A DNA stretch of 60,770 nucleotides, the filler included. It is 4 parts of 4 records of this genome, joined end to end, with 100 filler letters (N's around TTAATTAATTAA, not from the genome) between each part and the next. Parts side by side here need not be neighbours in the genome. Positions count along the whole stretch, not along the records: positions 37,787 to 54,458 come from SRR20825006_723; 3 more parts are not named here. One strand, 5' to 3'. Made by a program: the position numbers and the translations under genes. This document shows, one piece after another, positions 39,887-51,800 of this stretch (its first letter is position 1; every line of letters starts with the position of its first letter). The notes under the pieces were generated by a model. It was given only the letters and a program-made list of their open reading frames with translations. It was not told the origin of the DNA and made no database searches.

Positions 39887-42823
39887 TTAAAATAAATAAT
39901 CGTCTCCCTTAAAAGAAATTTTCTTAATATTCTCCAATATATTGTTTTGATCTATTAAGTTTTCTCCTAACTCATCTTTATAACCATCCATAAGTTCGTT
40001 ATTTTTCATCTTTTCATATATTAAAACTCTCATAGAGTTTTCGATTGAAAGATCAATCATATTCACATAAGGCTTCCCTACCCCTAATGTTTTAGGCCAT
40101 TCTTCACTCTCTTCAATTTTACTTAACGCATTGGAATAATCACCTTTTTTGTATTCGTGATAAGCCAACATCAATTTAGTTTGCCTATAATATTTTTGCC
40201 CATCTGTAGCGCCTTCAAATGGTAAAACATTAACATTGGTCAAAAAAGATTCTGCCTTTTCATACTGATTATTCATCATTAAAAACTTAATTAATCGTAG
40301 ACCTACAATATAATTATCATCATTCTTATAATATTCTTTTTCAAGTATCTCTATTGCCTGTTTTTTTTGTCCCGATTTATATAATAAGTTACTATAAATC
40401 ATTTTATACCGCCATTGAGAAGCATCTATCTCCATAGCCTTTTTTATATAAGACATTTTTGTATTGATACTGGCTTCTATATCTAATCTTTCTTTAATTA
40501 TATAATATGGAGCAAAATTCACATTTTCATCATTCAATAAGTCATTCGCTATATCATTATTTCCTTTAAATGAATGTATCAATGCCAACAAATAATTTGT
40601 TTTCCATGAATCCTTTTTAGCATTTAGTTCCTTTAGCATACATGCAGTCTCTTCTCTAAAAGGAAAAACAAAATCTAAAGACTGTTTCTCTGCTTCCTCA
40701 TAATACTCGCTTGAAGTTCTCCTATCTTTAGATAAATAACTAAGCCAATATAAGTTCAAAGCATTTTTCGGCGCCAACTTTAAAACTTCTATACTTTCAG
40801 TATTTAGACCTATACTATAGTACCACATAGCTAATTCAAGAAATGTTTCAGCAGGCATTTCATTTTGAATATTATTTACAAATTTATCTCTATTAAAAAT
40901 AGACTTGTCTTTAAAATAAGATTCGAACTTTAAGAAGTGACTTAAAGGGTTTATCTTATTTATTTTTTGCTGATAAAAATTAATTGCATCTACATCCTCT
41001 TTATGCCTAGCGATGACATATAGTAATTTAAAAGCATCTATATTTTCTGGGTCTTCGTTTAAGGCTCGTAATCCGTAATCTTGAGCTTCATATAAATCAC
41101 CTATTTTTAAATAAACTTTACTCAATTGCGTATAGGCTGCATTTCTATTGACTGGAGTTAATGCCGCTACTTCATAACCATCTAAAGCATCATACGGTTT
41201 ATTTATGTAGGATGCCGCTTTACCATAGTAGTAATTGGCATCTCCATTATAAGTGTCTATACTTAATGCCTTTTTGGAGTAATAGAAAGCAGAATCGTAT
41301 TCCATTTTAAAGAGTTTAATTTTAGACATTTCTACTAAAGATGGAATAAAAGAGTTATTCAATTTTAAAGATGCTTGTATTTTATTCTCTGCCATTTTAT
41401 AATCTCGAAAACGATAATAGTCTCTTCCTTCTAGATATAATGCATAATAACTATCATGATCAAATTCTTTTGAAATTGATAGAGGCCTACTTAACTTCTT
41501 TTCATTTTTTACCAATAAATCTATATAATCCCCATCTATTTCAAGATACTTAACATGTGAATTACTAGGTATAGAAATGCTTCTTCTATAAACCTCTAAA
41601 GGTTGTGCCTCTATTGGTTCTTTATAAATTTCTTTTCCTTCAGTATCAATTAGCACTAAGTCCCCTTTTATTCTCTTTACAGGCGAAAATTGAAGTTGTA
41701 ATTCATCTTCTTCTATTTCAATAGTAAAAGCCCCACTTTTACTAGCTTGCGTAAATCCTTTAATTTTAGCAAAAGGATACCAATACTCTTTCCATGTTTC
41801 GCTACTATACGAATTAAATCCTAATTGTTTAAATGGTGTTTGGCTACTTAGCGGAATATTTTGATTAAATAATCTTCCACTTTGTATTTCTACATATTGA
41901 CCACTTGTATCTGTTAATAAATCTTCCCATATTTTACCTTGATCTGATTGAGCCCACAGAAAAATTTTCTTTCCTAACTTATCTCCTCTTTTTGCATAAT
42001 GTATCATTCCGTAATCTTGATCTTTCCATAAGGCGCCAAAATATTTGCTGTGCGCTCCTAACACATGGTAGGATTTTGAACCGTCAAAATTGTTTTCGGT
42101 ATATAAAGAAAGATCCCTATTTTCTGAATTTAGCTGCCAATTATGGTCTACTCCATCATGTCCGATATAATTACTGCCAGGGTATAGAAACCTCAAATCA
42201 TCTCCAGCTGGAATTCCTACATTCATCCATGTATAATATGGTTGTTCTACACCTGTTTGGTTAAACCAATATGATTGTGTTGTAAAATACGCATTGTCCT
42301 TTTTTAGGTTAATATCTAAAATCCAACGGGTTCTAGTGAGTAAATCTAACACACTTACTATACAACTTACGCTGCCGTCTTCCTTTGTTATAGTGGTATA
42401 ATCTACAGGGGTAGCGCTGTTTGGTGTGTGCCCAATAACCCCATAATTAGCTTCTATTCCACCACTTACCCATGGTCCTCTCAAAGCTATATCTCGAAAT
42501 TTTACAACTTCATTATTATATAAGAAATATTTTTCATTTATTTTATCATAAGCAGTCCATATCTTACCGCCTATTTCAGGCATTATAAAAACTTTGATAT
42601 ATTCATTCTCCAATTCTACTACTTTCCATTTTTTCTGAATAGATTCTGTAGTAAAACCATCAAATCTAAAATATGGATATAATTTAGGTAACGCAGGAAT
42701 TGGGTCTGGATCTGAAAATGGATATGTTTTATATTCCTTTAGATATTCTTTATATGAGACATCTTGCTGAGCGAATAAATTATTCACACAAACAATAATT
42801 AATATTAATAGAAATTTTTTCAT
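39887..42823 (-). CDS. DUF5107-like plus TPR exported protein
   Basis: Signal peptide, TYPFSDPDP, LENEYIKV.IMPEIGGKI and GPWVSGGIEAN motifs, followed by TPR-like repeats. Confidence 0.78.
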   Translation of the reverse strand: MKKFLLILIIVCVNNLFAQQDVSYKEYLKEYKTYPFSDPDPIPALPKLYPYFRFDGFTTESIQKKWKVVELENEYIKVFIMPEIGGKIWTAYDKINEKYFLYNNEVVKFRDIALRGPWVSGGIEANYGVIGHTPNSATPVDYTTITKEDGSVSCIVSVLDLLTRTRWILDINLKKDNAYFTTQSYWFNQTGVEQPYYTWMNVGIPAGDDLRFLYPGSNYIGHDGVDHNWQLNSENRDLSLYTENNFDGSKSYHVLGAHSKYFGALWKDQDYGMIHYAKRGDKLGKKIFLWAQSDQGKIWEDLLTDTSGQYVEIQSGRLFNQNIPLSSQTPFKQLGFNSYSSETWKEYWYPFAKIKGFTQASKSGAFTIEIEEDELQLQFSPVKRIKGDLVLIDTEGKEIYKEPIEAQPLEVYRRSISIPSNSHVKYLEIDGDYIDLLVKNEKKLSRPLSISKEFDHDSYYALYLEGRDYYRFRDYKMAENKIQASLKLNNSFIPSLVEMSKIKLFKMEYDSAFYYSKKALSIDTYNGDANYYYGKAASYINKPYDALDGYEVAALTPVNRNAAYTQLSKVYLKIGDLYEAQDYGLRALNEDPENIDAFKLLYVIARHKEDVDAINFYQQKINKINPLSHFLKFESYFKDKSIFNRDKFVNNIQNEMPAETFLELAMWYYSIGLNTESIEVLKLAPKNALNLYWLSYLSKDRRTSSEYYEEAEKQSLDFVFPFREETACMLKELNAKKDSWKTNYLLALIHSFKGNNDIANDLLNDENVNFAPYYIIKERLDIEASINTKMSYIKKAMEIDASQWRYKMIYSNLLYKSGQKKQAIEILEKEYYKNDDNYIVGLRLIKFLMMNNQYEKAESFLTNVNVLPFEGATDGQKYYRQTKLMLAYHEYKKGDYSNALSKIEESEEWPKTLGVGKPYVNMIDLSIENSMRVLIYEKMKNNELMDGYKDELGENLIDQNNILENIKKISFKGDDYLF

Positions 42824-42825
42824 AA

Positions 42826-45813
42826 TTATTCCAGTATAATTAACCATCCTTTATTTTTTTCAACAGAAATAGATTCTCCAACCTTAAATGTTTTCTCTTC
42901 TTGAAAATCTTTAATTGGAGGTGCGTATATTTTGATTCCATCTTCCTTAATCCCTAATTGTTCCCAATCAATATTCAACTTAACATCTACATCTTTTTGA
43001 TCCCAACTAGCTATAGATATTAACACCTTGGCTTCTTTTTTATATACGGTTACCAATACTCTGTCATTATTGGTTTTTATAGGGTTTTTCTCTACCCAAT
43101 ACCCTATCATACTGGATCCTTCAATTCCAAAATCATCCCATACTTTCCATATACCGTCTGGTTTTTTATCTTGATATGGCATTCTATTAGTCATACCATA
43201 CAGCATCCCTCTCCAAGCATTACCTCCATCTTGTAGCATCTCCCCCATGAGTCCGAATGGAATTCCACTTACTTCTGTTAGATAAAAATCTGGAGATTCT
43301 TTTTCATAATCAAAATACTCCCCAAACCACAATCTATTTATGTAAGGAAAATGCTCTAAGTATAAATAGGCACTATTATTAAAACCATCACGCTCATTAA
43401 ACTGATTGGCAGAATGTAGATCGATGAGTCCGGGTTGATTTCCTTGAGTAAGAACTCGTTTTATTCTTTTCATTGTTATTCTATCAAAAGCTACATCATC
43501 TAAATAAATTCCATCAATTCCAATGTTTTGAACTAGCCAATTCATTCCTTCCACATAGTAGTTATGCCAGCGATTCATCCCGCTATTAATAATAGCAGCA
43601 TCTTTATATTTAGGCACATACCATGCAGCAATATAATTATCTTGTAAATGTTCTTGCAGCCAAGCGCTTCCCCCACCTTTTCCTTGGGAGAAAACTTCGT
43701 TATTTAAGCTTCTTAAGGGATATAATTCATACAAACGATTAGAAACCTCTCTAACGGTATTATATATTTTAACTTTTAGATTGTTTTTATGAGCTTCATC
43801 TATATAATTTTTCATTTGCTCTGTGGCTATAAAAGGATAATTTATATAAGGGTTGAGCTCATTGGCGTGATGAATATTTATTACGTTAGAACCACTTTTT
43901 ATAACAGTATCTATTGGTTTATACGCATGAAAATATTTATTATTCCAATGCACATCTGTTTGAAGTGTATGAAACGGAGTTATTAATAAAGTAAAATTAT
44001 AGAATAAAACATCCCCCTTTTTCATTGTTCTCTTTCCGCTGTAATGTTGAGATGTTATTATGTTTTTACTCGTTTTAACACGAATTCCTCCCTTATTATC
44101 ATTCCCCCACGATGTAGGCAATTTTAAAGGTTTTTGTAAATAGAAATTTGTATTCAAAGGGCGTTCGTAATTCTCATCTCGAAGACTTAATTGTAAACCA
44201 GCATTCACAGCTCCTATCCACCATCCGTCTTGGTTTTTCTGCTTTACATTCCACTTCCAATCAATACGCTCAGGAAGTTTTTTACCCTTCTCGCCTAGCC
44301 CTAGCATATACTTGGAACTTTCCGCTTCTAATGGTACCACCATAGAAATATCTTCTATTTCAATATCATCCTCAGCAATAATTTTAACCTCATAATTCAT
44401 AAAACCATCAAATTCTAGAGACCCAATTACTTCCATTGTTAAATTTTGGGCAGTATTTATAGCTTTCCACTGAATTTTTCCCGACTCCTTTTTAGTATAT
44501 TCTACACCTTCAGAATTCATTTCTAAATCTTCTCCCCCTACTTCTTTGATTGAAAACCGAAATGGACTGGCTAGAATATTTTTGGGTTTATTTGTTAATG
44601 ACGTCATTTCTTCAGTAAAAAAACTTTCAATTTTGTCTGGAAGCCCATTTTTACCTAATGTTACCTTTCTTCCAAGAATAGACAGTTTATTTCCTGATAA
44701 TTCTACAGGCAAATAAGGTTTTATTACCGAATTATCCTGTGCTAAAGTTGAGTTTATCCACTTTAATCTTGTCTGTTTCCACGGTTCATCTATACCATTA
44801 TTTACAGCAGTATCATTTACAACAACAAGCTCTACATCAATTATAGTTTTTGCATTATTAGATGGCGATAATGTAATTGTCCCCTTATAAGTGCCTGAGC
44901 TAATTTCTGTAGGAATATCTACTCCAAACCATAAAGCTTGAATAGTATTTTTCTCAACATTGATTATTTTTGTAAAGCTATCTCCTAAATAGTTAATTCC
45001 TTCTTTATTAAAGCACGTTAGTAAGTCTTTAGATAATTTATTTCCTTCTGAATCAACAAAGTCTGAATATGTGATAGCAATATCATTTAAATTGGCATCC
45101 TTTGCCCAAACCCCTAATTGAAAAGTATAATTTTCTCCTTTTTTCACCTCATCGTTAAATACCGAGCTCGGGTCTTTCGTTAACCATTTTTGAGGTAAGT
45201 AATGCTTCATCCTTATTGCATTTGTTCTATCTTCAGGAAAAACTAAATAAGGCTCATTTTTATATTTCTTCCTTAACTCTTCAACCTCTTTATTGGTTGC
45301 AATAACCTCCATTGGTTGATTGCTATTAAATTGATCTACTGATTCAATGCGAATTACCTTAGCTATACTACTATTTGAAATAGTATATTCTGTGTCTAAT
45401 TGACTATTATTCTGGAAATAAGTAGCTGTTGGGTAATTGGTTCTACCGTCTAATTTATATGGTAAATAATACACATAAAAGTTCCCTTCTTCTTTTGATG
45501 TTTTAAACTTCACAATTCCTTTTTCAGAAGAAAAATTTATAGGTACTACATCCGTAATAACTTTTTGAGTTGTACTATCCAACACAATAACTCTTCCGTT
45601 TGTATCAACGTTCCTATTCCTCCAATTAATTTCAACAGTAACATCATCTACTTTTTCGTTCACTCTTATTACAGCTCTTTGAGTCCCCAATGAATCTGAA
45701 TTCCACAATTCTTCTTGAGGAGGATATATATGTTGTTGAGCGTATAGCGTATTAACTATTGTTATAAATAGGCTAAGTATTAAAAATTTATATTTTCTTT
45801 TTATCGTGGTCAT
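42826..45813 (-). CDS. Putative glycoside hydrolase (DUF6067-like), exported
   Basis: Signal peptide, IHHANELNPYINYPF, VKIYNTVRE, GIDGIYLDD, IDLHS and LWFGEYFDY motifs, in PUL context. Confidence 0.7.
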   Translation of the reverse strand: MTTIKRKYKFLILSLFITIVNTLYAQQHIYPPQEELWNSDSLGTQRAVIRVNEKVDDVTVEINWRNRNVDTNGRVIVLDSTTQKVITDVVPINFSSEKGIVKFKTSKEEGNFYVYYLPYKLDGRTNYPTATYFQNNSQLDTEYTISNSSIAKVIRIESVDQFNSNQPMEVIATNKEVEELRKKYKNEPYLVFPEDRTNAIRMKHYLPQKWLTKDPSSVFNDEVKKGENYTFQLGVWAKDANLNDIAITYSDFVDSEGNKLSKDLLTCFNKEGINYLGDSFTKIINVEKNTIQALWFGVDIPTEISSGTYKGTITLSPSNNAKTIIDVELVVVNDTAVNNGIDEPWKQTRLKWINSTLAQDNSVIKPYLPVELSGNKLSILGRKVTLGKNGLPDKIESFFTEEMTSLTNKPKNILASPFRFSIKEVGGEDLEMNSEGVEYTKKESGKIQWKAINTAQNLTMEVIGSLEFDGFMNYEVKIIAEDDIEIEDISMVVPLEAESSKYMLGLGEKGKKLPERIDWKWNVKQKNQDGWWIGAVNAGLQLSLRDENYERPLNTNFYLQKPLKLPTSWGNDNKGGIRVKTSKNIITSQHYSGKRTMKKGDVLFYNFTLLITPFHTLQTDVHWNNKYFHAYKPIDTVIKSGSNVINIHHANELNPYINYPFIATEQMKNYIDEAHKNNLKVKIYNTVREVSNRLYELYPLRSLNNEVFSQGKGGGSAWLQEHLQDNYIAAWYVPKYKDAAIINSGMNRWHNYYVEGMNWLVQNIGIDGIYLDDVAFDRITMKRIKRVLTQGNQPGLIDLHSANQFNERDGFNNSAYLYLEHFPYINRLWFGEYFDYEKESPDFYLTEVSGIPFGLMGEMLQDGGNAWRGMLYGMTNRMPYQDKKPDGIWKVWDDFGIEGSSMIGYWVEKNPIKTNNDRVLVTVYKKEAKVLISIASWDQKDVDVKLNIDWEQLGIKEDGIKIYAPPIKDFQEEKTFKVGESISVEKNKGWLIILE

Positions 45814-47306
45814 CTTTGGGTTGTTTTAAAATAGTTTGACCACATTGTTTGTGGTACATATTCTACTCGGTATGGGATAAAATGGGCATTTAACGCCCAA
45901 AACACTTTCCCTTCTTGGTTAGTCACTACAACTCCTCCAGTCTTAGAACTTGTATGTAAAATATTATTATTAGGAAGTAAAATGGATCCTCCCATTCTTG
46001 AAGTATAATATCTAGACGGTAGTCTTGCATCGATCTTAGTGGTAGCCTTCATGTTAACTGTATCTAAAGTAAAAGAGATACTTCTTGAAAACTTGTTAAC
46101 TTTTGTAGTGTCGTTGGGAGAGAAATCTCCGTTATCAAAGAGCATTAAATCTCCTTCTCTATTAAAATGAGCATCGTGTTGAAAATTAAAATATGAATTG
46201 GCATCCATTTTAAAATCTCCTCCTTCTCCAAGTTTCCATACAATCTCTCCTGTACTCGGATTAACATTCCATACCTGATTCTCTATTGGAGTTGATAGTA
46301 AATAATTTCCATTTTTATCAAGTCTTATCGAATTGAAATGAAAACGATCTCCTGAATATTCTTTTATTTTTTTATCTATTGACAAGTCCCAAACATCCCA
46401 TGCAGACCATTTATCAACTACATTCCCTAGCGTATCCATAATCATGACTCCATCTCCCCATAAAGTATCTTTAGCTGCGCCCATTCCTTTCAAATCATAC
46501 ATTTTATAATCTCTATAAATACTCATGATTTGATCTCTATCATTCATCTGTATATCATGATGAAATACAATCCCTTTATCCTCTATATTTATGCGCCATA
46601 ATTCATTTCCTTCAAGGTCTATCTCTACAATTTCTGTTCCTCCAACAAATCCTGTTTTTCCAGTTCTTAAATAATAACTGGCAACATCTGCTTTTGCTAC
46701 ATTTGTTGTTTTTTTAAACTCATCTTTTGTAGCAGGGGCTAATAGTGCAATAATAGTATTACGTGGAGTAATAGTCGCTATTCTAACACCTAGATTATCA
46801 TCTTGCCAGTACCATCTTACTGTACCTTTGCCATCAACAATAGCTATGTATCCTGGGAATCCTCTATAACAAAGCATTACCATTCCTCCTCCCAGTGCAG
46901 TAGCGTCGTGCGGTTGATCTTCTTTTATCCAATTATGCACCATCCAAGGAGAAGCTTCTCTAGTCTCAAAAGTTTTAACATCTGTACTATTATTGATGAG
47001 TCCTTCTACAACAATTTTATATTGGTATGTTGCTTCTGGCTCAAGAAGAAGAAGGTGAATTTCATGATTCACCTTCTTTTTAGAGGTCTTAGTTCTATAT
47101 TTATTTTCAGCTCCTTCTTTCCAATATTCAATATAAACAGAAGATGGTTTATTCAATACTATTCTAATATCTTCTTTAAGCGCAGAATTATCGGGTGATG
47201 TAAGCTCTACTTCTACTATTTTTACATTATTAACTGTAATATAATACACACCCCACCCCACTATACATAACAATAACAGAATAATTATCTTTTTTAAATT
47301 ACTCAT
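45810..47306 (-). CDS. Arylsulfotransferase (ASST)-family beta-propeller protein with N-terminal anchor and Ig/FN3-like domain
   Basis: FHHD, FHFNSI, WKLG, FQHDAH and LFDNG motifs characteristic of ASST-like propellers. Confidence 0.75.
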   Translation of the reverse strand: MSNLKKIIILLLLCIVGWGVYYITVNNVKIVEVELTSPDNSALKEDIRIVLNKPSSVYIEYWKEGAENKYRTKTSKKKVNHEIHLLLLEPEATYQYKIVVEGLINNSTDVKTFETREASPWMVHNWIKEDQPHDATALGGGMVMLCYRGFPGYIAIVDGKGTVRWYWQDDNLGVRIATITPRNTIIALLAPATKDEFKKTTNVAKADVASYYLRTGKTGFVGGTEIVEIDLEGNELWRINIEDKGIVFHHDIQMNDRDQIMSIYRDYKMYDLKGMGAAKDTLWGDGVMIMDTLGNVVDKWSAWDVWDLSIDKKIKEYSGDRFHFNSIRLDKNGNYLLSTPIENQVWNVNPSTGEIVWKLGEGGDFKMDANSYFNFQHDAHFNREGDLMLFDNGDFSPNDTTKVNKFSRSISFTLDTVNMKATTKIDARLPSRYYTSRMGGSILLPNNNILHTSSKTGGVVVTNQEGKVFWALNAHFIPYRVEYVPQTMWSNYFKTTQR

Positions 47307-47318
47307 TATATATTTTGT

Positions 47319-48869
47319 TTAAGGAATTCTAGATGCATTTTCGGCTGCCATTTGGTCATTAATCATTACTTCATCCAATGGATAAGGGAAATACCTTAAA
47401 TTTTCAGTTACAATTGGACTCATTCCTCTCTCAACTAAATAAGCATTACATATTTCAACATACTTACCAAGTCTTATAAGATCTGCTCTTCTATGATATT
47501 CAAAAACAAGTTCATACCCTCTCTCATCTATTAGCACGTCAATCATTCCCTCTTTACTTGCAGGAATTGGGAACTCTGCACTGCTTCCATATTCAGGAGC
47601 TCCTGCTCTTGCTCTTACCTCATTAATATATGGAAGTGCAGCCCCTGGTCCATTTAAAGCATTCTCAATTTCTGCCTTGCAGAGTATTACATCTGCTAAT
47701 CTAAATATCTGTATTGTTCTACCATCTAAATAAGAATTGGAAACCAATTCGTATGAATATTTCTTTGTAGCTACATTTTGAAGTAGTTTGGTTGTATCGT
47801 TTGGCGGGACTGTTTCTCCTATTTCAGGCACTTTATAATAAAAACCGTGAGAAGTATTTCCATCTCTTGGATCATTCCCTTCGTAATTATAATAGAAGAA
47901 ATCTTTTCTTGGATCTTGATCTGAATAATTTCTCCAAAAAGGCAACGAAACTGCATAATACTGCCATCTATTCTGAACTTCTTTATGATCTGAAGGTCCA
48001 AAATGATTTGTTATTTCTCCACCATTTTGTGACGATTCGTGTAAAATCCCGAAAATTAGTCCCATATCAATTTTATTGGTATCAGACCATTCGTTTTTAA
48101 AATCAGGATTTAAAGAATAGACTCCTTCATCTCTTAATTTCAATACTTGATCTATATAAATTTTGGCATTTGTATAATCATGAGACCTCATATATGTTTT
48201 CCCTAAAAGGGTTAATGCTGCTCCTTTTGTTACCCTACCTATACCGTACTCTGGATCCCATTGCGTTGGTAAGTTATCAATTGCAAACTTACAGTCTTCA
48301 ATTATAAATTTATTTACTTCCTCAACAGGAGATAAAGGGAGGTTAAAGCTATCACTAGGATTTTCGGAACTTGTTATTAATGGCACAGGCCCCCATGAGT
48401 CTGTTAAATCTTTATATGCCAATGCCCTTAAAAACCGTGCTTGCCCAATAATTTGATTCTTTTTAACAGCATCCATCTCTACATTTTCAATTCTCCCTAA
48501 TAGTATATTCACACTCCCAATTACCTCATACATATTTTGCCAATTTAATCGGAAATACCTGTTATTATCGTCATAGGTGAAGTTACTCATCTTTGTTGGG
48601 TCTCCTGCTGCTGTAGAAAACCCCATATCTGTTGCGTAATCTGTTATCATTACTAAATATCCCGCGTAATACAGATAAGCATCACCAGGAAATGGGTTTA
48701 ACTTAGCATATGTTCCAGTTAATGCTGCGTCAATATCACTTTCTGTATTATATGCGTTTTTAGTAGTTAAATCGCTATACAACTCTGGCTCTAATTTTGT
48801 ACATGCTATAATAGCTATGGCTAGAGAGGAAAATACAAAGTATTTTATATGTTTTTTATAATTAATCAT
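47319..48869 (-). CDS. susD: SusD/RagB nutrient-binding lipoprotein
   Basis: Lipobox IIAC, QARFLRALAY, WGPVPL, FRLADVIL.KAE, ERGYELVFE and RRADLIR motifs. Confidence 0.93.
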   Translation of the reverse strand: MINYKKHIKYFVFSSLAIAIIACTKLEPELYSDLTTKNAYNTESDIDAALTGTYAKLNPFPGDAYLYYAGYLVMITDYATDMGFSTAAGDPTKMSNFTYDDNNRYFRLNWQNMYEVIGSVNILLGRIENVEMDAVKKNQIIGQARFLRALAYKDLTDSWGPVPLITSSENPSDSFNLPLSPVEEVNKFIIEDCKFAIDNLPTQWDPEYGIGRVTKGAALTLLGKTYMRSHDYTNAKIYIDQVLKLRDEGVYSLNPDFKNEWSDTNKIDMGLIFGILHESSQNGGEITNHFGPSDHKEVQNRWQYYAVSLPFWRNYSDQDPRKDFFYYNYEGNDPRDGNTSHGFYYKVPEIGETVPPNDTTKLLQNVATKKYSYELVSNSYLDGRTIQIFRLADVILCKAEIENALNGPGAALPYINEVRARAGAPEYGSSAEFPIPASKEGMIDVLIDERGYELVFEYHRRADLIRLGKYVEICNAYLVERGMSPIVTENLRYFPYPLDEVMINDQMAAENASRIP

Positions 48870-48880
48870 CTTATTTCTTT

Positions 48881-51800
48881 TTAAAAATTTACACTTAATC
48901 CAAAAGTAAAAGTTAACATACTTGGGTAAGAATTAAAATCTAACCCCGCACCTGCATTAGCCGCTTGTTGATTTCCTCCAGAGCTAATTCCATTATTGTT
49001 TTCGTATCCTTTTGTATCTACTTCTGGATCCCATCCGCTATATGAAGTAATTGTAAATAGATTTTCTCCCATGAGATACAATCGTATAGACCTAATACTC
49101 TCAGACTCTAATGGTAGTGTATATCCAACAGTTAAATTTCTTAACCTTATAAACGAGGCATCTTCTATAAAATGGTTATTAACATACCCTCCGTATTGGC
49201 TATAATAAAATCCGTTTCTCGGCAAATCGGTATCTGTGTTTTGAGGTGTCCATCTATTTAAAGATTCTTGAGTTCTATTCCATTCGAGGTTCATTCTCGA
49301 CATATTCAACAAATCATTCCCAGCATTTCCATATATAAAAACAGAAAAATCAAAATCTTTATACGTGAAGTTATTTGTAAAACCAAAAGTTACATCTGGA
49401 GATGCATTTCCTATAATGGTTCTATCTGCAGAACTTATAATACCATCACCATTAACATCTTCAAATAATGGATCTCCCGCAACCGAATTTGGTTGAGCAG
49501 CATATGTCTCTCCCTGCTGTAACACGCCAACGTATTTATACCCAAATAAAGAGCCTAGTGGTTCTTCCTCTCTAATAATTGCATATGCCTCTTCTGATAC
49601 ATTCCCAACAGGTTTAGAAGAGGTTAATAATATTTCGCTTTGCCCGCCTAAAGATTTTACTTTATTACGATTTACTGCAAAATTGAGCAATGTAGACCAT
49701 GTAAAGTTCTCTTTAACAAAATTCTTTGATTCTACTCCAAATTCAAACCCTTTGTTTTCTATCGCTCCAACATTATTTAATCCAGATCTATAACCCGTAT
49801 ACAAAGGAAGATTTGTTCTTATCAATAAATTCTTAGTTTCTTTATAATATCCATCTAAATTAAATTTCAGTCGATTATTAAAAAATCCAAAATCGACACC
49901 AACATTGTATTGATCTGTAGTTTCCCATTTTAATTTACTGTTCTCTGGCGACGTATTATTAAGGTATGTACCTGAAGAATTTTGTTCTCCATTAAAAGTA
50001 TAACTTGCATTTGAAACTAGCCCGTATGAAGCATAATTACCAATTCTTTCATTACCAGTTTTACCGTATCCAATTCTAAATTTTAAATCAGAAAACATTT
50101 TTTGATTTTCCATAAAGGATTCGTTAATAACCCTCCACGCAAAAGAACCTGATGGAAAAACTCCCCAACGATTATCTTCTCCAAACCTTGATGAACCATC
50201 AGCTCTAACCGTAAATGTGAGCAGATATTTATCACTAAATGTGTAATTTGCCCTACCAAAAAATGACGCTAATGAGTTTTCTGACTTATAAGAAGAAACA
50301 CCCGTAATAGTTGATGCAGCTCCTAAGTTATTATACCCAAAAATATCTGTTGAAAAACCATACACATTAATTCCTTTTTGAGTATTTACATATTTCTCAT
50401 AAGAATATCCACCCATAATCTGAAACTTATGGTTCTCTGCAAATTGTTTATCATACGTAAGAAATAAATCAAATAAATTATGTGTTAAGTTGTAATCAAC
50501 GGTAGAAGCCACACCATTATCTATGCTTCCTTGGTAAGAATCACGAGAAAGGTATGTACCTATACCCTCGTACCTTATTTCTGTACCCGCATCCATTCTG
50601 GCTTTCAAACCTTTTGCTAAATCAAATTCAAAATACAATGTCCCATTAAAGGCATCTTTTTGACTATCATTTTGCCTTGCATGAAGATTTGCTAATGGGT
50701 TATCGCCTCTTCCTCCTGGAGGCCGAGCAAATGACCCATCCGAATTATATACAGGAACAGTAGGATCATAAGTTAAAATACTATACAACACATTAGAGTT
50801 TAGTATATTACCACTATATATTTGATAATTAGATTTTTCCCGTTGTGCCATCATACTAACTCCCGTTTTCATGAAATTGTTAATTTGATGATCTATATTT
50901 ATTCTCCCAGATACTCTCGAGAAGTTTGTATTTTTTAAAACTCCATCTTGATCAAAATACCCAACACTTGTTAATATTTTTGTCTTTTCTGTACCTCCAG
51001 TAATCTGAAAACCATAATTTTGAATAATTCCTGTTCTCGTTGTAGCATCAACCCAGTCTGTATTAACATCCGATTGTAATTGAGATTTTGTATACACACC
51101 ATTTGTCTGTCCTTCTTGCCCAGGTATTTCCATATACAAATCATTAGCCAAATTCATATAATCCTTTCCGTTAAGCATATTGAATGGATTAATTACATTC
51201 TGTACACTTGTATAAGAGTTCACAGTTATACTACTCACCCCTTCTTTTCCTCTTTTTGTTGTAATTAACACAACGCCATTTGCTCCTCTAGAACCATATA
51301 TAGCTGTAGCAGATGCATCTTTTAAAATTTCCATAGATGCTATATCGTCAGGATTTATGTTAACTCCATTATCCGTAGGGAATCCATCAACCACATATAA
51401 AGGTTCATTGGTACTACTTACCGAGTTATTACCCCTAATACGAATAGACATGCTCCCTCCTGGCGCTTTGGAGTTTTGAGTAACAACTACACCAGATGCT
51501 TTTCCTTGAATTGCTTGAGCTACATTACTTACCGACCCTCCAGAGGTTAAATCTTCTGAACTTAGAGAAGCTATTGCACCTGTTAAGTCGCTCTTTTTCT
51601 GACTTCCATAACCTACTACAACTACTTCTTCTAACTCAGAGGCTGAAATTTCCATACTAACATTTATAGCGTTAGCCCCCCCTACTAGGACTTTTTTCTC
51701 TTTATAACCAATGTAAGTAAAAAGTAGTGTAGCTCCTTCTTCAACAGAAATAGAGTAATTTCCATCAAAATCGGTTACTGCCCCTTTGGTTGTGTTCTGC

